From Bacillota bacterium (GTDB lineage: Bacteria; Bacillota; Clostridia; Peptostreptococcales; Anaerovoracaceae): 64,000 nt of DNA. Shown piece after piece: positions 16,792 through 26,197 of this stretch. The DNA lies in contig JALFXR010000046.1 of assembly GCA_022787405.1 (NCBI GenBank), positions 2,365-66,364 of the forward strand, read 5' to 3'. Both the position numbers and the translations under genes were made by a program. How positions within the stretch are numbered: position 1 is the stretch's first letter; the number at the start of each line of letters is the position of its first letter. The notes below the pieces were generated by a model. That model was not told the origin of the DNA, did no database searches, and was given only the letters and a program-made list of their open reading frames with translations.

Positions 16792-17688
16792 ATGGAAATA
16801 CAGCAGCTCAGATACTTTCTTGAAGCAGCAAAAGACTGTAACATTACAAAGGCAGCCAGAAGGCTTCATATCGCTCAGCCTGCTCTCAGCCAGTCAATAA
16901 AGAGACTGGAGGAGGAACTTGGCACGGAGCTTTTTACCCGCAGCGGTCGTCATATTTTTTTAAACGATGCAGGAAAGCTTATGGTAAAAGAAATAACGCC
17001 CCTGCTCAGCTCTCTTGACGGTCTTCCCGCAAAGATTGCCGAGGCAGCAGGCGTAATGAATCGTACTGTTAAAGTAAGTGTAATGTCAGCTTCTCGTCTT
17101 GTCACAGACATCATCATAGTATACAAGGAACTTCATCCGGAAGTCAACTTCCTTTTCCGCCAGGAGCAGACCGGTGCCAGCGATGATTCCGACTGGGATG
17201 TACGAATTTCCACCGGCATCTCGGGGAAACTCGCAGAGGGCGAGGCTGCCGCACTGGACGAGGAGATTTTTCTTGCCGTTCCCAAAATATGGGACCATAT
17301 CGAAAATGGCAGCGATAGTGTAAACCTCTATGACTTCGGACAATCTCCTTTTATAAACTTTTCCGGTGCCGTGCCTTTCAGCAAGCTCTGCGAAGAGTTC
17401 TGCCATATGGCAGGTATATCTCCAGAAATCATCTTCAAAAGCGATAACCCTGCATCAGTTCGCGACCTCATAGGCGCAGGACTTGGGGTGGCCTTCTGGC
17501 CTGCCTATTCATGGGGCAAGCTGACTTCGGATAAGGTGCGCCTCCTTCACATCAGCGAGCCTGTCTGCCGCAGAACCATCATACTGTCCAAAAGCAGAAG
17601 TGTAATGCCCGGCAGTCCTCAAGATGACTTTTACCGCTTTATCCTTGAATATGCCGCTGTTATTTCAAGTCTGGGGAGGTATGAATAA
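16792..17688 (+). CDS. LysR-family transcriptional regulator
   Basis: 298-aa ORF with N-terminal wHTH MEIQQLRYFLEAAKDCNITKAARRLHIAQPALSQSIKRLEEELGTELF and a LysR substrate-binding half. Divergent from the PQ-loop/SGNH genes. Confidence 0.9.
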   Translation: MEIQQLRYFLEAAKDCNITKAARRLHIAQPALSQSIKRLEEELGTELFTRSGRHIFLNDAGKLMVKEITPLLSSLDGLPAKIAEAAGVMNRTVKVSVMSASRLVTDIIIVYKELHPEVNFLFRQEQTGASDDSDWDVRISTGISGKLAEGEAAALDEEIFLAVPKIWDHIENGSDSVNLYDFGQSPFINFSGAVPFSKLCEEFCHMAGISPEIIFKSDNPASVRDLIGAGLGVAFWPAYSWGKLTSDKVRLLHISEPVCRRTIILSKSRSVMPGSPQDDFYRFILEYAAVISSLGRYE

Positions 17689-17690
17689 TT

Positions 17691-18698
17691 TTACGCAATA
17701 GAAGAACCATATCCCATAATCACCTTATCCCCGGCTGCATACCATTTTTTCATGCAGACATCATTGCTGTTGCCTTCAACAGTATACACCAATCCATCTT
17801 CGCATCTTTCCACAATTCCCACATGGTCCGCCCTGCCGTCACCATTCCAGTCAAAGAATATAATCATTCCTGGCTCAGGACTGATATTTCTGTTAAACCA
17901 TCTTCCCTTTTCTACAAACCAGCGTATGCCGTCATCGCACACAGCAAACTTTGGCATGCTTCCGTCATCAAGGAGTCCAACCTGTTCTGCACACCAGCTT
18001 ACGAAAACTGCACACCAATCAACATGTGAAGAAAAACCATACCACCGCCAGTAGGTTTCGCCGCCCTCGTTACCTGTTTGCGACCGGGCAATGGCAACCA
18101 GCATGTCATCAGAGGGAATTTCCCCCTCCGCATCACTGCCAAAAATGGCGGCTGCTCCGCATAGTGGAAGGAGCACAGCAAGAAGTACAAGGAGTATGCT
18201 GCCCCCGGTCAGCAGGGTTGAAATCGCTCTTTTGGTGCCTCGTGCAATCCTGCTTGCGGTTTTTACTCCTGATGAGCCCTCTGCTTTCCCTTTGCGGTTC
18301 AGCGGGGGAATCCCATACTTTCTATCGACAAAGCCTTTTTCTTGCAGGACAGAGGAAATGTAGGCTTGTTTTTTTCTCTGTGCCTGTAAATTTTGCCTTT
18401 GCATCTGTGCCTGTCGTCCTCGGTTTTCCCTTTGCCTCACCAGAAGCCTTTTTCCCTGCAGCCTTGCTCTCTTCGCATAGGCTTTGGTATATCTTTCGAT
18501 ATACTGCTCTGCATAGTTCTCTGGTGAAACCTGCTTTTCTTCCTGCTGTGTCTGCGGGCTATCCTGCCCGCTTCCTTGGGAAGCCCGCCTGCTGCGCTGC
18601 CAGAGAATCCGTTCTTTTGTTTTTTTCCTTGCATAACGCAATTTTCGTTTGTCCATACAGTTTTTCACCTCCTTTCGGTTCTTGTTTTTTGCAAGCAA
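17691..18698 (-). CDS. Membrane-anchored CHAP-domain peptidoglycan hydrolase (conjugation-associated)
   Basis: 335-aa ORF with a basic N-terminal region and a TM segment (ISTLLTGGSILLVLLAVLLPLCGAAAIFG). C-terminal CHAP motifs: VDWCAVFVSWCAEQVG (Cys) and GDGRADHVGIVE (His). Confidence 0.8.
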   Translation of the reverse strand: MLAKNKNRKEVKNCMDKRKLRYARKKTKERILWQRSRRASQGSGQDSPQTQQEEKQVSPENYAEQYIERYTKAYAKRARLQGKRLLVRQRENRGRQAQMQRQNLQAQRKKQAYISSVLQEKGFVDRKYGIPPLNRKGKAEGSSGVKTASRIARGTKRAISTLLTGGSILLVLLAVLLPLCGAAAIFGSDAEGEIPSDDMLVAIARSQTGNEGGETYWRWYGFSSHVDWCAVFVSWCAEQVGLLDDGSMPKFAVCDDGIRWFVEKGRWFNRNISPEPGMIIFFDWNGDGRADHVGIVERCEDGLVYTVEGNSNDVCMKKWYAAGDKVIMGYGSSIA

Positions 18699-18735
18699 AA
18701 AGCCCGAAGTTCATGGCTCCGAGCTATCTTGTGTT

Positions 18736-20196
18736 TTATTTCAGTATTTTCCAAGTTCCTTTCTTATTTGAGCCCACCCGTACAAGGTACCCTTTCTCTT
18801 TTAGCTCTTTAATTAGTCGTGCTACCGTAGCTCTTGAACAACCTAATTTCTCCATAAGTTCTGCAGTAGTAATATGTGGATCCAATTGCAAAATTTCTAT
18901 AAGTTTCTGCGACTTGTTATTTATTGTCTCATTTATTGTCTCATTTATTGTCTCATCTGACACCGATACAGTTTCTAATGTCAACACTACCCTTGCAGGG
19001 TCGGATAACTCTTGAATGACGGGCTTCGCAAAGCCGTTTTCTTCCCATGTGCTGTAAATATCGCACAGACCGGAGCCGGAGCGTTCTCCCACATTTATTA
19101 GAGAAAACATATTGAAGATTCTTGCGTTTCGTGTGTCGCTTACCCCTCCTGCTATGGCGTCCTCTATGCTGACTCGAAAGGTTCCCGGATTGGATATGGT
19201 GATTTTGCTAAAGTCTTTATCGATGACAATTCCCTGCCGCCCGTAATAATCGGCGTGAATCAGTGCATTGGCCAATGCCTCTCGGATGGCTGCGTGTATA
19301 GGTGTGTCATCGACTCTCATCATCTGTTCATCCAGCTTGAAAGGTTTTTTCACATCGGCGGTCAGTTTCCCGATGATTCTAAAATAAAAATCAAAGATAT
19401 TGCCGCTCCAGTCTCCGTCACTACAGCATACCCTGTCTGACCAGCGGGTATCCGTAGCCTTCCGCTCTCTGTAGTCAAGGAAGTAATTCGGTAATTCGTC
19501 CATGATCGTGATAAAATCGCCAAAGAACAGAAGTCCTGCAAGGGTCGGATGTAATTCTCCGTCTAAACCTTTCTTTGCTGCACCGATTTTCAGAAGAAAT
19601 TCTTCGTCGCTGAGCTTTGTCCAAATATGGTTTGGCTTACGATTGGAAAACATTCTGCGATAGCCAAGGAGCGCTTCGTGATTCAAATCAGAGAGCCTAA
19701 GAGTTTCCACAACCTTGCTGTCCGCACTTTCTTCCGCTTGGTCGCGAAGCATGGCAAGCACTTCTTCCCTCTTACAACGATAGTCACCTTCTCCATTGCG
19801 TCGATAGCTGCCGGAAAACATATCTTTCCCAATATAGACCGGTCGGCTCTGCCTTGCCGCCCGGGGAACCTCCATGACGATGATTTTTTTCTTATCATAA
19901 TCAACGGTATAAATGTTTTCGTTCAGCAAAATATTCTCGCTTATTTTCTGTGGGTTGTTCAAAGCATTCCAAAGCTCCGAAATCATCTTTTCCGTATTTT
20001 CAACGCCGATTGGTATCAACTTCTTTGTCTGTGCATCTTCTTGCACACCAAGGAGGATGACCCCGCCATCTGTGTTGGCAAACGCCGAATAAGTTTCCCA
20101 CATGCTCTGCGGCACTCCGCCTGTTGCCGTCTTGACCTCTATGTGTCCGCTCTCTTTCTCGGATGATAAAATTCTATGGATGTCCACCATGTACAA
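18736..20196 (-). CDS. AlbA_2 (Schlafen-like) / HATPase_c_4 / C-terminal wHTH protein (often annotated as putative DNA-binding or RecG-like)
   Basis: 486-aa ORF. N-terminal ESGHIEVKTA...FANTDGGVILLGV (AlbA_2). Central REALANALIHADY...ISNPG...NARIFNMF...GSG (HATPase_c_4-like). C-terminal HTH TTAELMEKLGCSRATVARLIKELKEKGYL. Confidence 0.7.
   Translation of the reverse strand: MYMVDIHRILSSEKESGHIEVKTATGGVPQSMWETYSAFANTDGGVILLGVQEDAQTKKLIPIGVENTEKMISELWNALNNPQKISENILLNENIYTVDYDKKKIIVMEVPRAARQSRPVYIGKDMFSGSYRRNGEGDYRCKREEVLAMLRDQAEESADSKVVETLRLSDLNHEALLGYRRMFSNRKPNHIWTKLSDEEFLLKIGAAKKGLDGELHPTLAGLLFFGDFITIMDELPNYFLDYRERKATDTRWSDRVCCSDGDWSGNIFDFYFRIIGKLTADVKKPFKLDEQMMRVDDTPIHAAIREALANALIHADYYGRQGIVIDKDFSKITISNPGTFRVSIEDAIAGGVSDTRNARIFNMFSLINVGERSGSGLCDIYSTWEENGFAKPVIQELSDPARVVLTLETVSVSDETINETINETINNKSQKLIEILQLDPHITTAELMEKLGCSRATVARLIKELKEKGYLVRVGSNKKGTWKILK
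18919..18954 (-). repeat. Perfect 12-bp x 3 in-frame tandem repeat (encodes INET x 3)
   Basis: Plus strand atttattgtctc occurs three times back to back. It translates to ETINETINETIN in the linker before the wHTH of the 486-aa protein. Confidence 0.85.
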
Positions 20197-20271
20197 ATCC
20201 TCTTTTCATCGAAAATGTGTTTTTATTATTATATTATTTTTTCTTCCTAAAATCCATACTAATTTTATGGG

Positions 20272-22617
20272 CTACTCCCGGTCGGCGGATTTGGTGGTCA
20301 TGAGCTGATAGAGCCTTGTGTCTCTTGGGAAATGGTTCTCAAAGGGAACGAGGCTGCTGCCGATTTTGAGCAGGCCATGTCCGGCGTCCACATCGGTGAT
20401 ATAGGATAGCTGGGTGTCGGAAATATCAAGAAGCCCCGCAAGTTCCTCCCGGTTGGTGGCTGCCTGATTCAGCATGATGACAAACTCGGAATTTGAAAGC
20501 ATGGTACGGGCGACGTGAGATTGCAGAAGATCCTCCACGTCCTGCGTGATTCCGGTGCAGAAGGCGCCATACTTTCTGACACGTTTCCAGAGCTTGAACA
20601 AAAACTGTGCGGAGTATTCGTGCATGAACAAAAGGTAGATTTCGTCGATATAGACGAAGGTTTTTCTGCCTTTCTTTCGATTCGCCGTAATGCGGTTGAG
20701 AATGCTGTCTAAAATCACAAGCATGCCTACCGGACGGAGCTGCTCTCCCAGCTCCATGATGTCGTAGCAGATCAGGCGATTTTCCGTATCCACATTGGTC
20801 TGCCGGGCAAAGGTGTTGAGGCTGCCCTTTGTGAACAGCTCTAATTCCAGTGCAAGGGCATGTGCCTCCGGTTCCGGCTGTTTTAGGAGTTCCTCCCGAA
20901 AATCCTGCAAAGTAGGGGGAACGCCCTGATAATTTCCCTGCATATAATACCGATAGACGCTTTCGGTGCAGCGGTCGATGATGGACTGCTGCCCTCTGCT
21001 GAAGGTATGGCCTGCGATAATCTGCTCACACAGCGACTGCAGAAATTGTGATTTTTCGATAATCGGGTTGATCTCCCCGTAGTCCTTTGTCATGTCCATG
21101 GCATTAATATGGTTCGGGCTCGTGGCTGAGATTTCCATGACCTCGCCGCCAAGTGCCCGCACAAGCGGTGCGTACTCCCTTTCCGGATCTATTATCAAAA
21201 TATCCGCATCGGTGGCCAGCATCAGATTGGTGATTTCGCATTTTGCCGCAAAGGACTTGCCGCTGCCGGATACCCCTAAAATAAAGGAATTTCCATTCAG
21301 AAGCTGCCTTCTGTCAGCTAAAATCATATTCTTGCTGACAATATTCTGCCCGTAATAAATGCCTTTCCGGTGGGATATTTCCTGCACCCTGAAAGGCATC
21401 ATAACTGCAAGAGATTCAGTTGTCAGAGTTCTGAATGTATCAATTTTTCGTGTGCCTATAGGAAGCACGGTATTCAGTCCGTCAAGCTGCTGAAACTTAA
21501 GCACTGCAAGCTGGCACAGCCTTTCTCTTCCCATTGTAAGCAGCGCCTTGGTATCCTGGTCAAGCTGCTCCATGGTTTCAGCAGTATGGACAAGGGTCAT
21601 TACCGTCAGCATCATGCGCTGATCACGGTTTGAAATATCGTCAAGAAATTCTCGCAGCTCCGTTCTTTGCATCTCCATATCGTATGGCACCTCTGCCGAA
21701 AAGTTATTATTCGTGTTCTGCCTTCTCTGCCAGTTGGTGATGTTTGTCTCCGCACCAAGGAGCCTTGATTCTATCTCTTTTACTGCTTCCCCTGTGGATA
21801 CCGGAATCACATCCATTGACAGCATCATGTTTTTACACCTGTTGGTCAGTTCGGTTACAAAATCATCCCTGATGAAATTGGCATATTCCTTTAAGAATAT
21901 CACCCGTGCGTAACGCTCTCCCATTTTCACATAGTCTTTTCCGATTTCCAAAGAATCGGGGCAGATGTAATCTTTGAAGCTGTGTCCTTTTTTTCGGTTC
22001 TCGCTGATATTAAAAGCGAAGCTGCTTTCTTCGCCGCTTCTGTAAAAGTCATGCAGAATGCGCAGCCGTTCAACGGCTCCAAGTTCTGTGCATTTGGAAC
22101 CCAGCTTATTCAGATGAATTGAAAGCTCCGCACCAAATCTGTGAAAATATACTCTTGCGTCCTCCACGGATTTCTCTGCAATAGTTACAGTGATGTATTT
22201 TTCCTGTGTAATGGAATTGCCCGCATTTCCCTTGTGAAGCAGCATACGGTTATATTCTTCCCTGTACATATCCAGACTGTCATCTGCTCTGTCAATGAGG
22301 ATTCTGCTCTTGAATTCCGCCGTGTTAAGTTTGCGGTTGAATATGGTTATCTTAGTATCCGCACTGCTATCCAAGGAGTTAAGGAGTCCGCTGTACTTCT
22401 CAAACATAGTTTCCTTGTCTTCTTCCGATGCCACCTGATAGTTTATATCTTCAAAGCGGTATGTTCTGCTGAACTGATTCTTACCTACACAAATTATCCC
22501 GTCGTCATAAACGATTTTTACCGGAATGGTGTCCTGCACGCTCCGAGGCATTTTGATGTATTCTTTTCTTCTTTTCGACTCTGTTTTTCTTATCACTGTG
22601 CGTTTCCTGCCTTTCAT
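20272..22617 (-). CDS. virB4: VirB4-family type IV secretion ATPase
   Basis: 781-aa ORF. Walker A is GVSGSGKSFAAK and Walker B is TFVYIDEIY. The N-terminal MPRSVQDTIPVKIVYDDGI is typical of Gram-positive VirB4/TraE. The true start is probably the internal Met at ~22551. Confidence 0.9.
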   Translation of the reverse strand: MKGRKRTVIRKTESKRRKEYIKMPRSVQDTIPVKIVYDDGIICVGKNQFSRTYRFEDINYQVASEEDKETMFEKYSGLLNSLDSSADTKITIFNRKLNTAEFKSRILIDRADDSLDMYREEYNRMLLHKGNAGNSITQEKYITVTIAEKSVEDARVYFHRFGAELSIHLNKLGSKCTELGAVERLRILHDFYRSGEESSFAFNISENRKKGHSFKDYICPDSLEIGKDYVKMGERYARVIFLKEYANFIRDDFVTELTNRCKNMMLSMDVIPVSTGEAVKEIESRLLGAETNITNWQRRQNTNNNFSAEVPYDMEMQRTELREFLDDISNRDQRMMLTVMTLVHTAETMEQLDQDTKALLTMGRERLCQLAVLKFQQLDGLNTVLPIGTRKIDTFRTLTTESLAVMMPFRVQEISHRKGIYYGQNIVSKNMILADRRQLLNGNSFILGVSGSGKSFAAKCEITNLMLATDADILIIDPEREYAPLVRALGGEVMEISATSPNHINAMDMTKDYGEINPIIEKSQFLQSLCEQIIAGHTFSRGQQSIIDRCTESVYRYYMQGNYQGVPPTLQDFREELLKQPEPEAHALALELELFTKGSLNTFARQTNVDTENRLICYDIMELGEQLRPVGMLVILDSILNRITANRKKGRKTFVYIDEIYLLFMHEYSAQFLFKLWKRVRKYGAFCTGITQDVEDLLQSHVARTMLSNSEFVIMLNQAATNREELAGLLDISDTQLSYITDVDAGHGLLKIGSSLVPFENHFPRDTRLYQLMTTKSADRE

Positions 22618-22933
22618 TTATTAAGCTGTAATATATATTCGTTGTCTTTACCGTAAGCTTCTTCGGTGTCAGAATTTCCGACTTGATGACTGCCCATAAA
22701 AACTTCTCTGCCGGCATTTTGTTATATGTTACAAAACCCAGCAGCGCACATGGCAGCATGCCAAAGATACATGCCCACGATACGGCTCCTGTGCCAAGCC
22801 GATTTCTCAGCAGAAAATATATTCCCACCGATACCCCTATACCCAGACATGAAAAAAGGAACTGCCGCAGTGACAGTCCCCAAAATATGGACTCTTTATA
22901 GTCCCTGATTTCTTTATTCGTTTTTATTTCCAT
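22505..22933 (-). CDS. PrgI-family small T4SS membrane protein
   Basis: 142-aa ORF. MEIKTNKEIRDYKESIFWGLSLRQFLFSCLGIGVSVGIYFLL is the PrgI-family pattern, with two TM helices. Its 3' end overlaps virB4. Confidence 0.7.
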   Translation of the reverse strand: MEIKTNKEIRDYKESIFWGLSLRQFLFSCLGIGVSVGIYFLLRNRLGTGAVSWACIFGMLPCALLGFVTYNKMPAEKFLWAVIKSEILTPKKLTVKTTNIYYSLINERQETHSDKKNRVEKKKRIHQNASERAGHHSGKNRL

Positions 22934-22946
22934 TGTAATGTGCTCC

Positions 22947-23783
22947 TTATAATCCCATCATTTCCTTAACGACTCTATCCGACAGTTTAATCATTCCCAC
23001 AAGTACAAGCATATTGAATATGAGCTCACCCAGGTACGACCATACCATCGATACAGCTGCCGCATTCTCATCGATTACCGGCGGTGATGCAGCAAACATG
23101 GAGAAAATTATGCATGCAAGGATAATTATGGCGCCTTCCATACAGACGGAAACATAGGATTTGATAAATGATATTCCTATGTGCTGTGAGGGTTCGCCTG
23201 CAACAGTTGAGAGAGGTATAGGTGCTATTGCCGTATACATATACAGTCTGAAAAAACGCCCGTACACAGTCATAATAATGATAAAGGAAAGCACCGTGAT
23301 TACCAGGCTGCCAATCAGCGTTACGGCCCACAGCGGTATACTCTCAAAAAAGCCGCAGTCCTCAATGGCCGTTATCATCACATCCGGCAGGCTCATTCCC
23401 TGAGTCCGTCCCAGCCCTGCGGTCCTCATAATTGTACTTATAACTCCCTGCAATATCTCAAAAATTGCAAGCATCAGTTCCATCCCGTAAGTAATCATTC
23501 CTTTTGCTATGATAAACCTTATAAACAGCTTCAGTGCATGCTCCGGTTTTTTTACGTCAGCAAAGCTGCCGCAGGTTTTCATCATTCCGACAAGAAAAAA
23601 GAGCACCAGCAAAGCAACTCCGATTGCCTGCAGTGCTCCGTGAATGTCAACGATTACTTGCCATATTGTACCACCTTTAAAATTCTCCGGCTCTTCCGTG
23701 AGCAGCACCCATATTTCCGACAGTTTTTCATTCCAGGTCGTAAGTGCATTCTGTAGGTTCTGCACCACCCAGTTGTCTGACAC
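22947..23783 (-). CDS. Polytopic T4SS channel protein (VirB6/TrbL-like, CD0415/CD1112-type)
   Basis: 278-aa ORF with at least 5 TM segments. It sits in the position conserved between Maff2/VirD4 and PrgI/VirB4 in this ICE family. GTG start after an AGGAGGTG RBS. Confidence 0.6.
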   Translation of the reverse strand: MSDNWVVQNLQNALTTWNEKLSEIWVLLTEEPENFKGGTIWQVIVDIHGALQAIGVALLVLFFLVGMMKTCGSFADVKKPEHALKLFIRFIIAKGMITYGMELMLAIFEILQGVISTIMRTAGLGRTQGMSLPDVMITAIEDCGFFESIPLWAVTLIGSLVITVLSFIIIMTVYGRFFRLYMYTAIAPIPLSTVAGEPSQHIGISFIKSYVSVCMEGAIIILACIIFSMFAASPPVIDENAAAVSMVWSYLGELIFNMLVLVGMIKLSDRVVKEMMGL

Positions 23784-23874
23784 GTTATCACCTCCTAGTG
23801 TAGTAGTTATAACGGATTGACCTTTTTTCGTGCATAATAAAAAGCCCGGAATATTAATCCGAGCTAGGTAATCA

Positions 23875-24618
23875 TCATTCTTCTTCTTGTTTTTTCTTTG
23901 GAAAACATAGGCTTAAGTTAGTATGCCTTTCAAGCGAATGCTTATCTTCTTTTATATATTTCCAGCTTGAAAGATAATCTCCACCAACAGAGAAATCAGA
24001 TTCTGATATGAATTCCTTAAATCCTTCTGTATCAGATTTATATTTACGCACAAAATTGTAAGAATCATTTTCCTTTTCTTCATCAGAGCTGTTCAGTTTA
24101 TTATATAGAACATGATCAATATTGCAAGACATATAATAAGCAGAATACGGGATTTCTCCCCATATTACAGGTGTCTCTGACAGCTTATCAATGTTCTTGC
24201 TTTTAACAAGATTTCTTTCAATTATGCCCTGCTTATTACGAGTTTTTATTGAATTCAGGGAATACATTGTTTTTTCCACTGTTTCATCTTCTATTATGCA
24301 ATCTTCTGATACATAAGCTCCATCCATATCAATAATATGAATGACCTGCTGAAAATGGACTTTATTAAAGTGATTGTTCCTAGCATATCCTATTATCTCT
24401 TCCGTTACTTTCTTTAGGATATTAGACGCATTATTCCCTGTTCTGCTTGTAATATCTCCATGTGTAACATGAACAAACACTCTGTTACTGTCAAAAATAT
24501 TATTCAACAACAATTCCAGTGCATCCTGGTCAGAAGGTCCTTCCACTATGATAAATACAATTTTCTTACGAGCCAATGCTCTCACCAGCCTCTCTGAATG
24601 CCAATGCAATCTCAGCAT
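23875..24618 (-). CDS. Toprim-like (DUF4276/DUF4435/RloB-like) putative nuclease, partner of the upstream ATPase
   Basis: 247-aa ORF. N-terminal KKIVFIIVEGPSDQDAL (conserved Glu of Toprim-type folds) and a later acidic motif VIHIIDMDGAYV (DxD-like). Overlaps the ATPase stop (a GTG/TTG start nearer 24585 is possible). A weak terminator follows at ~23845-23870. Confidence 0.5.
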   Translation of the reverse strand: MLRLHWHSERLVRALARKKIVFIIVEGPSDQDALELLLNNIFDSNRVFVHVTHGDITSRTGNNASNILKKVTEEIIGYARNNHFNKVHFQQVIHIIDMDGAYVSEDCIIEDETVEKTMYSLNSIKTRNKQGIIERNLVKSKNIDKLSETPVIWGEIPYSAYYMSCNIDHVLYNKLNSSDEEKENDSYNFVRKYKSDTEGFKEFISESDFSVGGDYLSSWKYIKEDKHSLERHTNLSLCFPKKKQEEE

Positions 24619-26029
24619 TGTTTGTCAGATCATAAACAGCCTCATCCTGTTCTCCCAGTATAATATCTCTGTAGTAGAAGTCTCTAAGATTATTGTTCTC
24701 TTTAACGTTAGCAAGTCTGATATATCTGTTATCAGGATTTGTTGTAGTAAATGCCACAAAACCCCTGTCAATAGTCTCTAATGGCCTGAGGTTATGGGAA
24801 GTAAATATCAGCTGCCCTTTTCCCTTTTCAGATATTATCCTCAGCAGTTCTCCTAAAAGATACTCAAACACTCCTGAGTCAAGCTCATCAATTGCAACGG
24901 TTATTGACTTCTGGTTATAAACGACAACAAGTAGCTGGAGAATCGAAACAATCTTTTTTATTCCTTCAGACTCATATTTTAAAGGTATTTCCTTGCTGTT
25001 CTTATTTGAAACAAGTTCTATTCTTTTCCCGGCAGACCCATTCGGCATAAGCTGACTGCCAAGATCTTTTACAGCAATTGTGAGCCCCGGAACGATCTTC
25101 TCAAGCACTATGTTCATATTTTCAATTACAGCTTTTGTAACATGAAACATCTCTTCAGGTATGACTGAAGGTTCTTCAATAGGCACAGCAATTGTTCCCA
25201 ATGTTCCCGTTTTCTTTCCCTGAATTTTGAAGACAAGAGGTTGCGCATTTAAGCTTATCAGACCCGAATTCGCTGTATTTATCACAAACAGTTCAGAATT
25301 GCCAAACTTGACTAAAGACTCAATCAAAGCCAAGTAATGTGTTAATTCTTTTAGTTCTTCATCATTAGTTCTGCTCTGCTCACTGTATTTTTTTCTGATT
25401 GCATTCAATAAATCTTTTGAAAACAAAAACGATTTTGATGTCTTCTGTGACAATTTTTTTGAAACAAGAAGGTCTGTCGAGGTTTCTTTATTTCCGCCAA
25501 CTAGTAAATCATATTTGGCTTTAGGGACAAACACTGCAGTTGACTCTGTATCAATTATTCGTCCCATTCTAAGTTTTCCACTTGGAGTCTTTGCCTGACA
25601 TTTTAACACTTCATTTAAGACTTTGGCTTTATATCGTTCCCTTTCTTCTATTGCACTCTCTGTGTTTCCGCTATCCTGCACAGTCTCTCTCATTATGGTC
25701 AGGCTATATACAACAGGATATACTGTTTCATCCAGAATAACATCAAAAGAATACTCAATTTCCGAACCGTCAGAATCAACATTGATATAGTCAGCAAATT
25801 TATCTGGAATTTCAAATTCACATAATGCGCCCTTAAGCAACTCCAATGCATCAATCAACGCAGTTTTTCCTGAGCCGTTCTGGCCATATAAACCTAAAAC
25901 GCTTGCCTTGAAGTTTTTTCTACTATTGACAAATGATATTTCGCCTTTGTTAACATTTTTAAAATTCCTGATTGAAATATTCGTTATCCTAACATTAGAC
26001 TCCATAACATGAACCTCCAAATTGTACAT
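24566..26029 (-). CDS. ABC-type (AAA_21/AAA_15-like, OLD/AriA-like) ATPase
   Basis: 487-aa ORF. Walker A is LYGQNGSGKTAL, the signature-like motif is YESEGIKKIV, Walker B is ITVAIDELDSGV, and the H-loop is IFTSHN. A long helical insertion separates the two halves. The likely true start is MESNVRITNISIRNFKN at ~26005, with a GGAGG RBS. Confidence 0.75.
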   Translation of the reverse strand: MYNLEVHVMESNVRITNISIRNFKNVNKGEISFVNSRKNFKASVLGLYGQNGSGKTALIDALELLKGALCEFEIPDKFADYINVDSDGSEIEYSFDVILDETVYPVVYSLTIMRETVQDSGNTESAIEERERYKAKVLNEVLKCQAKTPSGKLRMGRIIDTESTAVFVPKAKYDLLVGGNKETSTDLLVSKKLSQKTSKSFLFSKDLLNAIRKKYSEQSRTNDEELKELTHYLALIESLVKFGNSELFVINTANSGLISLNAQPLVFKIQGKKTGTLGTIAVPIEEPSVIPEEMFHVTKAVIENMNIVLEKIVPGLTIAVKDLGSQLMPNGSAGKRIELVSNKNSKEIPLKYESEGIKKIVSILQLLVVVYNQKSITVAIDELDSGVFEYLLGELLRIISEKGKGQLIFTSHNLRPLETIDRGFVAFTTTNPDNRYIRLANVKENNNLRDFYYRDIILGEQDEAVYDLTNNAEIALAFREAGESIGS

Positions 26030-26197
26030 AATAATATACTACTACGATTATCAAAGAAAATCAATAAAAATTTATTTATTTCTATACATTTTGTACCGTT
26101 TTTGCACATTTTATGCATGTTTGTTCTGAATATCACCATAATCATTCATTTATCATTTTGTTTGTCTTCCCCTAAATACTACTTGTTGTTTCGCTTT

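Noticed and set aside
18919-18954. The 12-bp x 3 direct repeat as a possible CRISPR or att element
   Set aside because: There are no spacers, the repeat is in frame inside a CDS, and the unit is only 12 bp. It is a coding microsatellite. I saw no CRISPR-like repeat-spacer array anywhere in the window.
17951-19015. 354-aa plus-strand ORF, the longest antisense ORF in the window
   Set aside because: It lies antisense to the CHAP hydrolase and AlbA_2 genes, both of which have clear family motifs. Its product is low-complexity (Ser/Phe/Leu/Pro-rich) and I see no RBS, so I treat it as a shadow ORF.
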